Source: an uncultured Clostridia bacterium
GTDB taxonomy: Bacteria; Bacillota; Clostridia; TANB77; CAG-508
Assembly (NCBI GenBank): GCA_934180065.1
Contig: CAKPRA010000007.1
Span: 1,963-65,962 of the forward strand
Reading direction: 5' to 3'
Length of the DNA stretch: 64,000 bases
Positions 1 to 10,012 of the stretch are shown in pieces. The translations under genes were made by a program, and so were the position numbers. Positions within the stretch are counted from its first letter, which is position 1. Each line of letters opens with the position of its first letter. The notes below the pieces were generated by a model that made no database searches, had not been told where the DNA came from, and saw nothing but the letters and a program-made list of their open reading frames with translations.

Positions 1-770
1 TGGGAAATAGGCAAGTATTTTATAATGCTTCTTTTCATGCTAATGAGTGGATTACAACACCAGTTCTAATGAAATTTTTGGAAGAATATTCAAGGGCTTT
101 TGTAAATAATCAAAGAATTTTTGGATATAATGCAAAAAATTTATATTATAATACTACTTTATATATTGTTCCAATGGTAAATCCAGATGGTGTAGATTTA
201 GTCACAGGAAGTATAAAAAATGTGGATAATGCTTATAAAAATGCTCAAAATATTGCGAATAACTTTCCAAATATTGAATTCCCAAGTGGGTGGAAGGCTA
301 ATATAGATGGAGTGGATTTAAATCTGCAATTTCCTGCTGGTTGGGAGCAGGCTAAGGAAATAAAGTATGAGCAAGGTTATAATAAACCGGCTCCGAGAGA
401 TTTTGTTGGATATGGACCATTAACTGCTAGGGAAACAATAGCTGTGTATAATTTTACACTTGAGCATAATTTTAGACTTGTTATTGCTTATCATACACAA
501 GGAAAGGAAATTTATTGGAATTTTCAAAATTATAATCCTCCTATGGGAAAAAGAATCGCTGAAGAATTTGCAAGAGCTAGTGGTTACACAGTAGCAGAAG
601 TGCCTTATAATTCGAGCTTTGCAGGGTATAAAGATTGGTTTATACAAAATTATAATAGACCAGGATATACTATTGAAGCAGGAATTGGAACAAATCCATT
701 GCCAATAACACAATTTGATGAAATTTATAAAGATAATCTTGGAATTTTGGCAATGGGAAATATTCTATAA
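1..770 (+). CDS. M14-family zinc carboxypeptidase, gamma-D-glutamyl-meso-diaminopimelate peptidase-like; 5' end truncated by the window edge
   Basis: The frame is open from nt 3. Upstream residues ...[15 protein letters not shown] give the HxxE zinc-ligand region typical of M14 peptidases. The rest of the 233-aa ORF resembles Bacillus YqgT/ENP1-type peptidases. Stop TAA at 768-770. Confidence 0.75.
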   Translation, partial: GNRQVFYNASFHANEWITTPVLMKFLEEYSRAFVNNQRIFGYNAKNLYYNTTLYIVPMVNPDGVDLVTGSIKNVDNAYKNAQNIANNFPNIEFPSGWKANIDGVDLNLQFPAGWEQAKEIKYEQGYNKPAPRDFVGYGPLTARETIAVYNFTLEHNFRLVIAYHTQGKEIYWNFQNYNPPMGKRIAEEFARASGYTVAEVPYNSSFAGYKDWFIQNYNRPGYTIEAGIGTNPLPITQFDEIYKDNLGILAMGNIL

Positions 771-771
771 T

Positions 772-804
772 AAATGTAATAAAAATGTAATAAAATAAAA
801 TAAT
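772..804. repeat. 11-nt phased repeat AAATGTAATAA (2 exact copies + 1 degenerate) upstream of the first giant gene
   Basis: AAATGTAATAA at 772-782 and 783-793, then AATAAAATAAT. A related AAATGTAAAAC array lies at 36401-36444. Confidence 0.6.
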
Positions 805-859
805 TTCTTTTATGTTGTTATTCCGAAGAAGTAAAGAAGAAAAACAATTTTTTCATAAA

Positions 860-888
860 TTGACTTTTAGTATATTAATATTTAAACT
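860..888 (+). promoter_or_regulatory. Candidate sigma-A promoter TTGACT-17-TAAACT for the LRR/GLUG giant gene
   Basis: TTGACT 860-865, 17-nt spacer, TAAACT 883-888. The -10 is imperfect. Confidence 0.3.
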
Positions 889-920
889 TGCTTTGAAGTC
901 AATTTATGGAGGAGATAGAA

Positions 921-3900
921 ATGAAGAAAAAGGCAACTAGGATTATTGGAATTTTATTAATAGTTATTGCAATAATAAGCTCATTTATGTTTGTGAAATC
1001 ATCACGTGCATATGTTTCGGTAGATGATTCAAATGGAATTAAGTGGAATTTTACAATTTCAGGAAGTAATGCAACAAATGTATATTATAGCAGTGGAACT
1101 TTAACTGAAAAGCTTGAAATTCCATCAACATTAACTTATGGAAGCAAAACATATACAGTAACTTCAATAATGAAAAAGTCTGGTTCAAGTTATGTAAATA
1201 TATTACCAGATACTATAAAAAGAAGTAAAATTAAAGAGCTGGTTATTCCAGATACAGTTAATACGATAGGGGCATCTGCTTTTATGAGTTGTCCTAACCT
1301 TGAAAAAGTTACTTTAGGAAGTGGTATTAAATCAATTGGATCTTCTGCTTTCAGTGGTACACAATTAACTGAGTTTATTATTCCTGATAGCGTAACATCA
1401 ATTGGTGCAAATATATTTGGAAATAGTAATGCTACAATAAAAAAATTAACCATAGGAAAAGGATATTTAAACAATAATGCAAGTACAGGACTTCCTGGAT
1501 TATGTAATAAATTAAATGCTCTAGAAGAAATTATTGTATCAGAAGAAAATACATCATTTGTTTCTGAGAATGGAATATTATTCAATAAAGATAAAACACA
1601 ATTAATTAGTTATCCAAAAGCTAGAAATGGTGAAAGTTATATTATTCCAAATACTGTAACAAGCATTGGATCATCTGCTTTCAGCTATTCGAAAATAAAA
1701 AATGTTAAATTAGATGATAATCTAATTTCTATAGGTGATTCAGCATTTGCATATTCAAATATAGAAGGTAATTTAGTAATTCCTGGTAAAGTAACTAATA
1801 TTGGATCATCTGCCTTTACTAATTGTAAGGGGTTAATAGGTAATTTAATAATACCAGATAGTGTTACAAGCATTGGAGCAAATGCTTTTCAGAATTGTAC
1901 TGGATTTGATGGTGATTTAATAATAGGTAATGGAGTACAGACAATTCAGACACGTACATTTGAAAATTCATCAAATTTTAGAAAAGCTAAATTAGGAAAC
2001 AAAGTTACAAGTGTAGCATATCAAAGCTTTACTGGATTTACCGATTTATGGATAGATAATACTAGAGAAAATGTAAACTTCAATTCTGGATTTGCAAATA
2101 ATGCAAATGTATATTTACATTACAAAGGAGATACACATTATCTTAATGTATATTCTGTTCCAGGCGTTAAAATTATAAATACGACGACAAATATGGAAAT
2201 AACTTCTGGTAATTATGATTGCGAAAGTGAATTTAAATTTAAAATAGAAGTTGAAAATGGATATGATTATTCAGATTTAAAAATTATTCAACTTACAGAT
2301 GGTGATTCTGATAATTGCACAATAGAAGAATATGCTAAGAATAAAGAATTTGATTTTGAAAGATTAATAAGAGATAGATCAATATACATTCAAAACTTGA
2401 AATCTGGTGTTGACTTAAGTTTACGTACTTTTATAGTAGAAAAAAATAGAGAGCTAGTTTCATCTCCAAGAATACCAATACTAAAAATTGTGAATGGGGA
2501 GAATGAATATTTACATACAAAATATCCATTAACTGTTAAAACTGATGATACATTGACATATAAAATTAGAATTTATAATGAAGGTATAGAGGAAACATCT
2601 CCAAAGGAGGTTTCAGTAATAATACCAGAGGGATTAGAGTTTGATTCTGATAGTAAATTAAATATAGACAATGGATGGGTTGTTGGAGAAAATGGAAGAA
2701 TTACTACAAGAGCATTGGCTAATCAAAAAATAAAAGGGTATAGAGGAAATGGAAATGTTCAATACAAAGACATTTCAGTTATATTAAAAGTAACAGCACA
2801 GAAATCTGAAACAGAGAATCTATTAAAAACAGTATTTGCAGAGATAACAGATAGTGATAATGATATTGATTCTACTTGTGGAAATGTGCAAGTTTCAGAT
2901 AATTATAAAAAAGAAGAAATTTATAATTCTAATTCAAGCTCTTATATAAAAGGACAAGAAGATGACGATGATTTTGAAACTGTTGTTTTAATAAGTAAAA
3001 TAAAAGTAGAATATGGTATTAAACTTAATAAGACAGATATTAAAACAAATGAATTATTAAAAAATGCAACATTTAATCTTGTTGATTTGGATGGAAATAT
3101 AATTAGTACTGTAACAACAGATGAAAATGGAACACTAGATTTTGGTGGATTAGTAACATATGGTGAAGGTGACGACATTTATTATATAGAAGAAGTTGGA
3201 AATCCTGAAGGTTATTATAATTCAGTGAAAAAGAGAATAAAAATTAAAGTTACAAAAACAATTATTGATGAAGAAAAAGGAACATATTCAATAAAAGTTG
3301 CTTGTGATACAACTGATTACGTTGTAGATACTTCAAGATATGAATTTACACCTATAGAAACAGCGGAACAGTTGAAAAAAGTAGGCAGTGGGGATACTGT
3401 TGAAGTAGATGGAGTAAAATATAAATATAATATTGATACAAATTATAAATTAATTGCAGATATTGATTTATCAGGAGGTGACTGGACTCCTATTCAATAT
3501 GAAATTAAAGGTGTATTTGATGGAAATAATCATAAGATTAGTAATTTAACAATAAAACCAAAAGATAAATTAAATCAATCAGAAGTCGGATTATTTAGAG
3601 TATTTTCGGGAATAGTTCAAAATCTTGAACTTGAGAATGTAGATATAGATATTTCTTCTGGATTTATAGATAAACCAGAAACGATATCAGGAAAATCAGG
3701 TATTGGTGGATTTACAGCTATAATGAGAGAAGGATATATAATAAACTGTAAAGTATCTGGTAGAGTAATTGCATCAAGTGATAACATAGGTGGATTTGTT
3801 GGACATACATTAGAAAATGGAATAGTAAGAATTCAAAAATTTGTTAATAATGCAGAAGTTCAAGGTATAAATAGAAGTTCAAATGTTGGTGGTGCAATAG

Positions 3901-6900
3901 GCTGTGCCTTAGGTTCCGTAAGTGTACAAAACAGTGAAAACTATGGAGCAATAACGGCTACAAACTATAATGTAGGTGGTTTAGTAGGAGCTGTTTATCC
4001 ATCAAAATACCAAGATTTAAGTGTAGGTGGAGGTTTTGATGAAACTAATAAAAAAATAGAATTAGTTGTTAAAAATGAAGCTAATGTAGGAGAATATAAT
4101 GTTATATTAGAAACTGTTGTTGCTAATACAAAAGAATTATTGCCAGGTGCAAATTATATGGTATTAAATTCTAATAAACAGGTAATGGATGGACTTTTTA
4201 ATATAACATTAGATAAAGGAAAATTAAAAATATTTTCAAAAGATATAAAATCATTAGGTATTGATACATATTATATTATTGAAAATGGAAAGATGTCAGG
4301 ATATAGTAGATTAGATTCAGCAATAAAACTTAAAATTGAGAAATATTGGAATGCTGATAAATCAGAATTTGAGGTTAGAGCTGAAACAGAGCTATTAAAT
4401 AATAAAGATTTTATAAATGATATTATTGATCCAAATGAATCAAATAAACCAGTTGATAGTAAGACTGGAAAAGAATTTGATGAAGGAACAGCATTTACAG
4501 ACACAGAAATTGAAAAAGCAAATTGGAACATTGAAAAGGCAGAATTTATTAATTGTAAAAATGCTGGAGCTATAACAAATTCCTACATGAATGCAGGTGG
4601 TTTGGCTGGCTTATCTCATGGATATACATATATCGAAAAATGTAATAATAGCGGTGAAATACAAGCTACAGGATATGGAAAAGCAGCAGGTATGATTGCA
4701 GAATTATATGCATGGAAAGAGCAAACTGAAATAAAAGATTGTGAAAATTCAGGTCATATATTAAGTGCAAGATCTACTGGCCCAGCTGCAGGTATGTGTG
4801 CATCTATTATTACAGATGTAAGAGCAACAAATTGTAAAAATACTGGAAAAATAGAAACACATGCATCTGGTGGCTCTGGAGGTATGTTTGGTGAAGGAAG
4901 AGGAAAATTCATAATAAATAGCTGTATAAATGAAGGTGAAATACAATCAACAGGAAGCTCTTCTAATGATTGTAATTCAAATTGTGGAGGTATAATAGGA
5001 AAACTATTTACATGTTATGCCGCAGATTATAACTGGTCATCAAGTGATAATCCATCATATAGTACAGAGGATACAGAATTAGTTATTAAAAATTGTAAAA
5101 ATAGTGCCAACATATCATCAAATACACATTTTGGTGGTATAGCTGGATTTATAGTTTCAAATACTGTTGATATTTCAAATTGTTCAGTAGAAAATTGCAA
5201 ATTAGATGATATATACTCCGCTGATAAAGGTGGTATAGTTGGTCTTGTTAGATCAAATAATTTAATAATTGCAGATTGCGAAGTTAAAAAAGTAAATTTA
5301 GATAGATCTTCTTCTAAAGGTGAGGATACATATGGTGCTACAGGTGGAATTTTAGGACAATATAGTAATACAATGGATGTAGAAGATAAAAAAATTAATA
5401 GTAAAAATTTAAAAATTATTAATTGTAAGGTAGAGGATTCAAAAGTAAAAACCAGAGGACAATCAACAGGAGGGATTTTGGGTGTTACATCACAAGATAA
5501 TTATCAAAATTCAATAGCTAGTATAATTGATTGCCAAGTTATAAACTCAGAAGTAATGAACTATGGAACTGTCAGAACATATGGAAATGTTGGAGGAATA
5601 TGTGGTTTAGGATATTGTGTTGATAGTTTTAATATAGATAATTGTAGAGTTTTAAATACCACAATAGTTGGTCCTAGCGATAAATCTTTTGATACAGATG
5701 TTGGAGGAATATGTGGTTCATCAATTGCTTCAAAAATAGTTAATATAACAAACAATGATGTTAGTAATTCAAATATTACAAATCAAGCACAATCTGATAG
5801 CTGTGGAAATACAGGTGGTATAATAGCATTTTTCTATCCATTTAGTGTAAGCAAACCTACATATTATGTAAATAATTGTAATGTAACAAATACAAATTTA
5901 ACAACATATAGTGGAAATGTAGGTGGACTTGTATGTACTGTATATTCTGGATCTACTGCAGAAGTTAGAGATTGTACGGTAACAGGAAGTAAAAATGAAC
6001 AAGGAGAATATATTAATAAAATAATATCTTATTCAAGTACTTCTTCAAATTCAGTATCTTCTATAGGAATAGCTGATTCTCAAACTGACTCTAAAATTAT
6101 AATTGATAATATAATTGTAAAGGATATGAGTTTAAGACATGAGAATAATGATAAAAGTTCAGGAACAAATGCTGCAGGTATAATAGGATATTCTGAAAGT
6201 GAAACAAAAATAAAGGATTGTAAAACAATTGGATGTGATATTTATTCAAATACTTCATATTATGATTTGGCATGTGTATCAGCAATTGCAGGTACAGCAT
6301 ACAATAGTTCTGGTAATGATATTTCAGTAGAGGGTTGTGAAGTATATGATACAAGTGTATTGGGTACAAGAGCTGGAAATGTTTCAGGAATAATAGGTTT
6401 TGCAAATGGAAAGAGCTTAATAGTAAGAAATTGTAAAATAAATGATAGTAATTTTACAAATCAATTATCTTTAAATGATATAACCTCAAATAATTCGACT
6501 TATGGAATTTCAACAGCTGGTATAGGTGTGGTGTTAAGCGATGCTACAATCGAAAATATAGAAGTAAATGATTGTAATATTAACACTAAAGGCTTTAGCT
6601 CTGGAGGAGTTGTTGGTTCTTCTTCAGAAAAGACAGATATTAGTAATTTATCAGTAAAAAATACAAAAATTATTGATACTGGAACAAATAAAATGTCATC
6701 TGGAAATATTGGAAAAAGAGCAATTGGTGGTATATTTGGACATGCAGAGTATTTAAATGCAAATAATTTGACAATTGATAATGTTACAATAGATTCACAA
6801 GTTACATCTGCAGGAGGTGTAGTTGGTCATGTTAAAAATCTAAATAGATTTAATGATGTAACAGTTAATAAGTTAACAATGAAAAATAGCTCAGAATTTG

Positions 6901-8384
6901 ATGGAGTAAATGGATCTTCAGCTGGTTTAATTGGTGATATTGATAATATTATTGGAACAATTAAAGATAATAAGGTTGTAAATTCAGAAGTTTTAACAAA
7001 ATGTGATAATACATCTGGATTAATAGGAACAGTTACTAGTACAGGAAAAATTGAAAAATGTGTGGTAGATAATGTTAAGTTAGAGAATAAGAATTCAGTT
7101 GGTGCTTTACATGGTATTCAAGGCGGTTTAGTAGCATATACAAATGATGACTTTATTATTGATGATTGTCATGTAAAAAACAGTAGTTTAACTGTAGAAA
7201 ATTTAAGTAATATTGCAAAACATGTAGGAGGTATTGCAGGACATTCTAAGGATATAACAATAAAGAATTCAAGTGTTGAAAATACATCTGTAGTAAATAA
7301 TACTCCAGGTTCAACAGGAGGAATGGTTGGAATGGTTTTCTATAGTATTAGTACAAATAATGAAGTTGTTAAAACCGCGACAATTACAAATTCCTCTGTA
7401 ATTGGTGGAACAGATAAATTAATATCAGGAAATAATCATGTTGGAGGAATGGTTGGATTTGGTAGAGTTGTTGCAAACACAAATACTTTAACAAATTTAA
7501 CTGTTAAAAGTTTAATTGAAAGTGGAAATTCTGAAACTGGAGGATTAGTAGGTTTAGCAATCAAAGATTCATCAATAAATGGCGTTACTGCTAGTAATTT
7601 AACAGTTATGTCAAATTATAATGCAGGTGGTATAGCTGGCGTATTTAATGGAACAATTGAAAATGTAAATATTAGTGATTCTAATATTTCAATAAACGAT
7701 AATCACGGACCTTCTACGGTTGGTGGAATTGTGGCTGTATTAAGTGGAAAAATCAGTAATTCAACAGTTGACGATACTACAGTTACAACTCATGGAACAG
7801 CAACAGGTGGATGTGAAGCAGGTGGAGCTGTTGGAACAACAAGAGGAACTGTAATAGATTGTTCAGTAACAAATTCTACAATAACATCTGATAGAATTGC
7901 AGGTGGAGTTGTTGGTACAGGTTTAACTGGTTCAACAGTATTAAGTGGATTAACATCAACAGGTAACACTATTAATAATGCAGAGCATAAAGGTATGTAT
8001 ATAGGTGCTCCAAAAGATAATTACGAAAATAATGAATATTCACAATCTAGTCTTGCCAAACCGGTAGTGCTATTATCAGAAGAAAATGAAATGACTGAAG
8101 ATGAAGAGTTTAGTACTAAAAAGTCAAGTATTAAATCAACAAAATCAGTTAACGAAGAAGATAATAAATTTAAAGAGGATTTTGATATTAAAAAAGAAGA
8201 AAATACATTGGGGTCTGAAGAAAAAAGCAGTATGACTTTAGAAGATAAAAATTCAGAATCAAATGAAAAGCCAAAAATAAATGAAAATATTGAAAGCAAC
8301 GAAAATTTAGAAGAAGCAGAATCAAAAGAAGATAATTTAGAAACATCTGATGAAACAAGTGAAAACAATAAAAAAGAAAAGTAA
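921..8384 (+). CDS. Giant (2,487 aa) secreted/surface protein: N-terminal signal/anchor, BspA-type leucine-rich repeats, one DUF11-like module, Cna-B-like domain, long GLUG-motif beta-helix region, acidic K/E/S-rich tail
   Basis: Uninterrupted ORF 906-8384. GGAGG at 909-913 favours ATG 921 (MKKKATRIIGILLIVIAIISS...). Repeated IPDSVTSIGSSAF-type LRRs, FDGNNHKISNL followed by dozens of (N)VGG(I/L)(A/V)G GLUG-like motifs, no C-terminal sorting signal. Confidence 0.85.
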   Translation: MKKKATRIIGILLIVIAIISSFMFVKSSRAYVSVDDSNGIKWNFTISGSNATNVYYSSGTLTEKLEIPSTLTYGSKTYTVTSIMKKSGSSYVNILPDTIKRSKIKELVIPDTVNTIGASAFMSCPNLEKVTLGSGIKSIGSSAFSGTQLTEFIIPDSVTSIGANIFGNSNATIKKLTIGKGYLNNNASTGLPGLCNKLNALEEIIVSEENTSFVSENGILFNKDKTQLISYPKARNGESYIIPNTVTSIGSSAFSYSKIKNVKLDDNLISIGDSAFAYSNIEGNLVIPGKVTNIGSSAFTNCKGLIGNLIIPDSVTSIGANAFQNCTGFDGDLIIGNGVQTIQTRTFENSSNFRKAKLGNKVTSVAYQSFTGFTDLWIDNTRENVNFNSGFANNANVYLHYKGDTHYLNVYSVPGVKIINTTTNMEITSGNYDCESEFKFKIEVENGYDYSDLKIIQLTDGDSDNCTIEEYAKNKEFDFERLIRDRSIYIQNLKSGVDLSLRTFIVEKNRELVSSPRIPILKIVNGENEYLHTKYPLTVKTDDTLTYKIRIYNEGIEETSPKEVSVIIPEGLEFDSDSKLNIDNGWVVGENGRITTRALANQKIKGYRGNGNVQYKDISVILKVTAQKSETENLLKTVFAEITDSDNDIDSTCGNVQVSDNYKKEEIYNSNSSSYIKGQEDDDDFETVVLISKIKVEYGIKLNKTDIKTNELLKNATFNLVDLDGNIISTVTTDENGTLDFGGLVTYGEGDDIYYIEEVGNPEGYYNSVKKRIKIKVTKTIIDEEKGTYSIKVACDTTDYVVDTSRYEFTPIETAEQLKKVGSGDTVEVDGVKYKYNIDTNYKLIADIDLSGGDWTPIQYEIKGVFDGNNHKISNLTIKPKDKLNQSEVGLFRVFSGIVQNLELENVDIDISSGFIDKPETISGKSGIGGFTAIMREGYIINCKVSGRVIASSDNIGGFVGHTLENGIVRIQKFVNNAEVQGINRSSNVGGAIGCALGSVSVQNSENYGAITATNYNVGGLVGAVYPSKYQDLSVGGGFDETNKKIELVVKNEANVGEYNVILETVVANTKELLPGANYMVLNSNKQVMDGLFNITLDKGKLKIFSKDIKSLGIDTYYIIENGKMSGYSRLDSAIKLKIEKYWNADKSEFEVRAETELLNNKDFINDIIDPNESNKPVDSKTGKEFDEGTAFTDTEIEKANWNIEKAEFINCKNAGAITNSYMNAGGLAGLSHGYTYIEKCNNSGEIQATGYGKAAGMIAELYAWKEQTEIKDCENSGHILSARSTGPAAGMCASIITDVRATNCKNTGKIETHASGGSGGMFGEGRGKFIINSCINEGEIQSTGSSSNDCNSNCGGIIGKLFTCYAADYNWSSSDNPSYSTEDTELVIKNCKNSANISSNTHFGGIAGFIVSNTVDISNCSVENCKLDDIYSADKGGIVGLVRSNNLIIADCEVKKVNLDRSSSKGEDTYGATGGILGQYSNTMDVEDKKINSKNLKIINCKVEDSKVKTRGQSTGGILGVTSQDNYQNSIASIIDCQVINSEVMNYGTVRTYGNVGGICGLGYCVDSFNIDNCRVLNTTIVGPSDKSFDTDVGGICGSSIASKIVNITNNDVSNSNITNQAQSDSCGNTGGIIAFFYPFSVSKPTYYVNNCNVTNTNLTTYSGNVGGLVCTVYSGSTAEVRDCTVTGSKNEQGEYINKIISYSSTSSNSVSSIGIADSQTDSKIIIDNIIVKDMSLRHENNDKSSGTNAAGIIGYSESETKIKDCKTIGCDIYSNTSYYDLACVSAIAGTAYNSSGNDISVEGCEVYDTSVLGTRAGNVSGIIGFANGKSLIVRNCKINDSNFTNQLSLNDITSNNSTYGISTAGIGVVLSDATIENIEVNDCNINTKGFSSGGVVGSSSEKTDISNLSVKNTKIIDTGTNKMSSGNIGKRAIGGIFGHAEYLNANNLTIDNVTIDSQVTSAGGVVGHVKNLNRFNDVTVNKLTMKNSSEFDGVNGSSAGLIGDIDNIIGTIKDNKVVNSEVLTKCDNTSGLIGTVTSTGKIEKCVVDNVKLENKNSVGALHGIQGGLVAYTNDDFIIDDCHVKNSSLTVENLSNIAKHVGGIAGHSKDITIKNSSVENTSVVNNTPGSTGGMVGMVFYSISTNNEVVKTATITNSSVIGGTDKLISGNNHVGGMVGFGRVVANTNTLTNLTVKSLIESGNSETGGLVGLAIKDSSINGVTASNLTVMSNYNAGGIAGVFNGTIENVNISDSNISINDNHGPSTVGGIVAVLSGKISNSTVDDTTVTTHGTATGGCEAGGAVGTTRGTVIDCSVTNSTITSDRIAGGVVGTGLTGSTVLSGLTSTGNTINNAEHKGMYIGAPKDNYENNEYSQSSLAKPVVLLSEENEMTEDEEFSTKKSSIKSTKSVNEEDNKFKEDFDIKKEENTLGSEEKSSMTLEDKNSESNEKPKINENIESNENLEEAESKEDNLETSDETSENNKKEK
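1110..2060 (+). repeat. BspA-like leucine-rich repeat array (protein-level repeats of ~23-25 aa)
   Basis: Recurring pattern (I/V)P(D/N)(S/T)VT(S/N)IG(S/A)SAF..C..L..(V/I). Confidence 0.7.
2410..2990 (+). other. DUF11-like beta-sandwich module followed by an acidic DIDST...GQEDDDDFE segment; the same module type occurs in the 476-aa, 964-aa and 6,328-aa proteins
   Basis: DLSLRTFI...TLTYKIRIYNEG...IIPEGLEF...DIDSTCGN...GQEDDDDFETVVL. Confidence 0.55.
3340..7990 (+). repeat. GLUG-motif / parallel beta-helix-like repeat region (about 1,550 aa)
   Basis: Dozens of ~25-30-aa units containing GG(I/L)(V/A/I)G separated by N/C/S-rich turns (C.N.G.I, V.NS.V). Confidence 0.6.
8040..8381 (+). repeat. 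Low-complexity acidic E/K/S/N-rich C-terminal tail
   Basis: ...EENEMTEDEEFSTKKSS...EKSSMTLEDKNSESNEKPKINENIESNENLEEAESKEDNLETSDETSENNKKEK. Confidence 0.8.
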
Positions 8385-8408
8385 TTTCTTATAATTTAAA
8401 TTAAAAAA

Positions 8409-8447
8409 TGTATGTTATACTGTATTAAAATTATAGTATAACATACA
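8409..8447 (+). terminator. Perfect 13-bp hairpin after the giant gene (weak U-tract)
   Basis: TGTATGTTATACT (8409-8421) / AGTATAACATACA (8435-8447), 13-nt loop, followed by AAATAAATTTTATTT. Confidence 0.45.
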
Positions 8448-8477
8448 AAATAAATTTTATTTGAAAGGAAGATAAAA

Positions 8478-9908
8478 ATGGCTAGGGGAAAAAGACTAAA
8501 AGGTTTAAAAATTAGTAATCTTATAATATTTTTGATAGTTGTGTTAATTATGGTAATAACATTACTTTTTAGTAGTATATATACAACAGGAACATCTTCT
8601 GTTTCATTAGTTGATGCAAAAAAATATTTAGATAATTCACAAGCTCAGACAGATGCAAAAGGAAAGGTAACTGCTATTTATACAGATGAAAATGGTAATG
8701 AGATAGCGGATAAAGTAAGTATTACAGGTGATTTGGGTGATGAATATTGGGTTGAAAGAAAAGATATTGATGGATATAAGGCATATGGAGTAGACCCAAT
8801 AAATAAAAAAGGTAATTTCGATGTTGAAGAAAAAATAGTAAATTTTAGATATGAGAAATTATTAAATGGAGTAAATAGTAATGTAGATGGAAAAAACGTA
8901 ACTGTTCAAGTTATAAAAGATAAAGAAACAAGTAAGTATAAAGAATATAAATTTATTATATTAACAGAAGATACAGAAGGAAATTCTTTAAAACAAGCAG
9001 AGTATAAAATTACTAATAAGAATTCAAGTGTAATAAGAAATGGAAAAGATTATACTGGTAATTATGTTGTTGGAAGTTTTTCTGCTGATTTAGAAGGAAA
9101 TGATGAATATAAAATATCACAAATTAAAGCTCCTGAGGGATTTGAGAATATTAATGATATAAATGTTATTTTTTATAAAACATCAAACTCAAATCAGATT
9201 TTTATAAATGCAGTAGTTTTAAATACAGAAAATGTAAGTATTGATACAAATGAAGCTAATAGAGAAATTGTTTTGAAGATTAAAAATAGTAAGAAAAAAA
9301 ATATTCCTGATGAACCAATCGTTCCTGAGGAGCCGCAAAAAATATTTGACTTAGAGATTAATAAAACTCTTAAAAATGTTAAAGTTATAACAGATGGTAA
9401 GAAAACTGAAAAAAATAAAACTGATGATAAGTTATTAAAAATTGATATTCCAAAAAGTAAAATTGCTAACACTGAAATAATAGCTACATATGTTTTGAAT
9501 ATTAAAAATGTTGGTGAAATTGCTGGGTATGCAACTGAAATATCAGACAATTTACCTGAAGGAATGGTAATTGTAAATTCTGATAAATGGACTGAGGATA
9601 ATGGTATTGCAATTTGTAATGAGTTTTCAAATACAAAATTGAATCCTGGTGATTCTGTTAGTGCAGAGATTGTATTGAGCTTTAAATTAACAGATTCTAA
9701 TATTGGGTTGATAAATAACTTGGCAACTATTTCTGGATATTATAATGAGGAAGGTATTCCGGATAGTACGCCAGATAATAAATCCGAGGAGCCTATGTTG
9801 GTAACAATTAAAACTGGTAAAAAGGCTTTAATTACAATTGAAGTTATTATTGCTCTAAGTTTGGCTAGTACTTTGATTTATGAGGTTAAAAAACATATTG
9901 AGAGATAA
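8478..9908 (+). CDS. Surface protein (476 aa): N-terminal TM/signal, MucBP-like domain, Cna-B-like domain, DUF11-like module, C-terminal IKTG sorting-like signal + TM + basic tail
   Basis: RBS AAAGGAAG upstream. KVTAIYTDENGNEIADK...DIDGYKAYG (MucBP-like). ATYVLNIKNVGEIAGYATEISDNLPEGM (DUF11-like). C-terminus MLVTIKTG-KKALITIEVIIALSLASTLIY-EVKKHIER. Confidence 0.8.
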   Translation: MARGKRLKGLKISNLIIFLIVVLIMVITLLFSSIYTTGTSSVSLVDAKKYLDNSQAQTDAKGKVTAIYTDENGNEIADKVSITGDLGDEYWVERKDIDGYKAYGVDPINKKGNFDVEEKIVNFRYEKLLNGVNSNVDGKNVTVQVIKDKETSKYKEYKFIILTEDTEGNSLKQAEYKITNKNSSVIRNGKDYTGNYVVGSFSADLEGNDEYKISQIKAPEGFENINDINVIFYKTSNSNQIFINAVVLNTENVSIDTNEANREIVLKIKNSKKKNIPDEPIVPEEPQKIFDLEINKTLKNVKVITDGKKTEKNKTDDKLLKIDIPKSKIANTEIIATYVLNIKNVGEIAGYATEISDNLPEGMVIVNSDKWTEDNGIAICNEFSNTKLNPGDSVSAEIVLSFKLTDSNIGLINNLATISGYYNEEGIPDSTPDNKSEEPMLVTIKTGKKALITIEVIIALSLASTLIYEVKKHIER

Positions 9909-9922
9909 TTTTTGGGTAAAAT

Positions 9923-9954
9923 GAACTTTGCTCTGTGGGGCGAAGTTCTTTTTG
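9923..9954 (+). terminator. Rho-independent terminator
   Basis: GAACTTTGC / GCGAAGTTC 9-bp stem (one U.G), 8-nt loop, TTTTT run 9949-9953. Confidence 0.8.
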
Positions 9955-9961
9955 TGTAATG

Positions 9962-10012
9962 ATGCAGTAATGAGTCCGTGAGATTAGCTTGATATGCAGT
10001 AATGAGTCCGTG
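9962..10012. repeat. 19-nt direct repeat ATGCAGTAATGAGTCCGTG x2 (9962-9980, 9994-10012)
   Basis: Exact duplication read directly. The second copy overlaps the left arm of module C copy 1. Confidence 0.9.
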
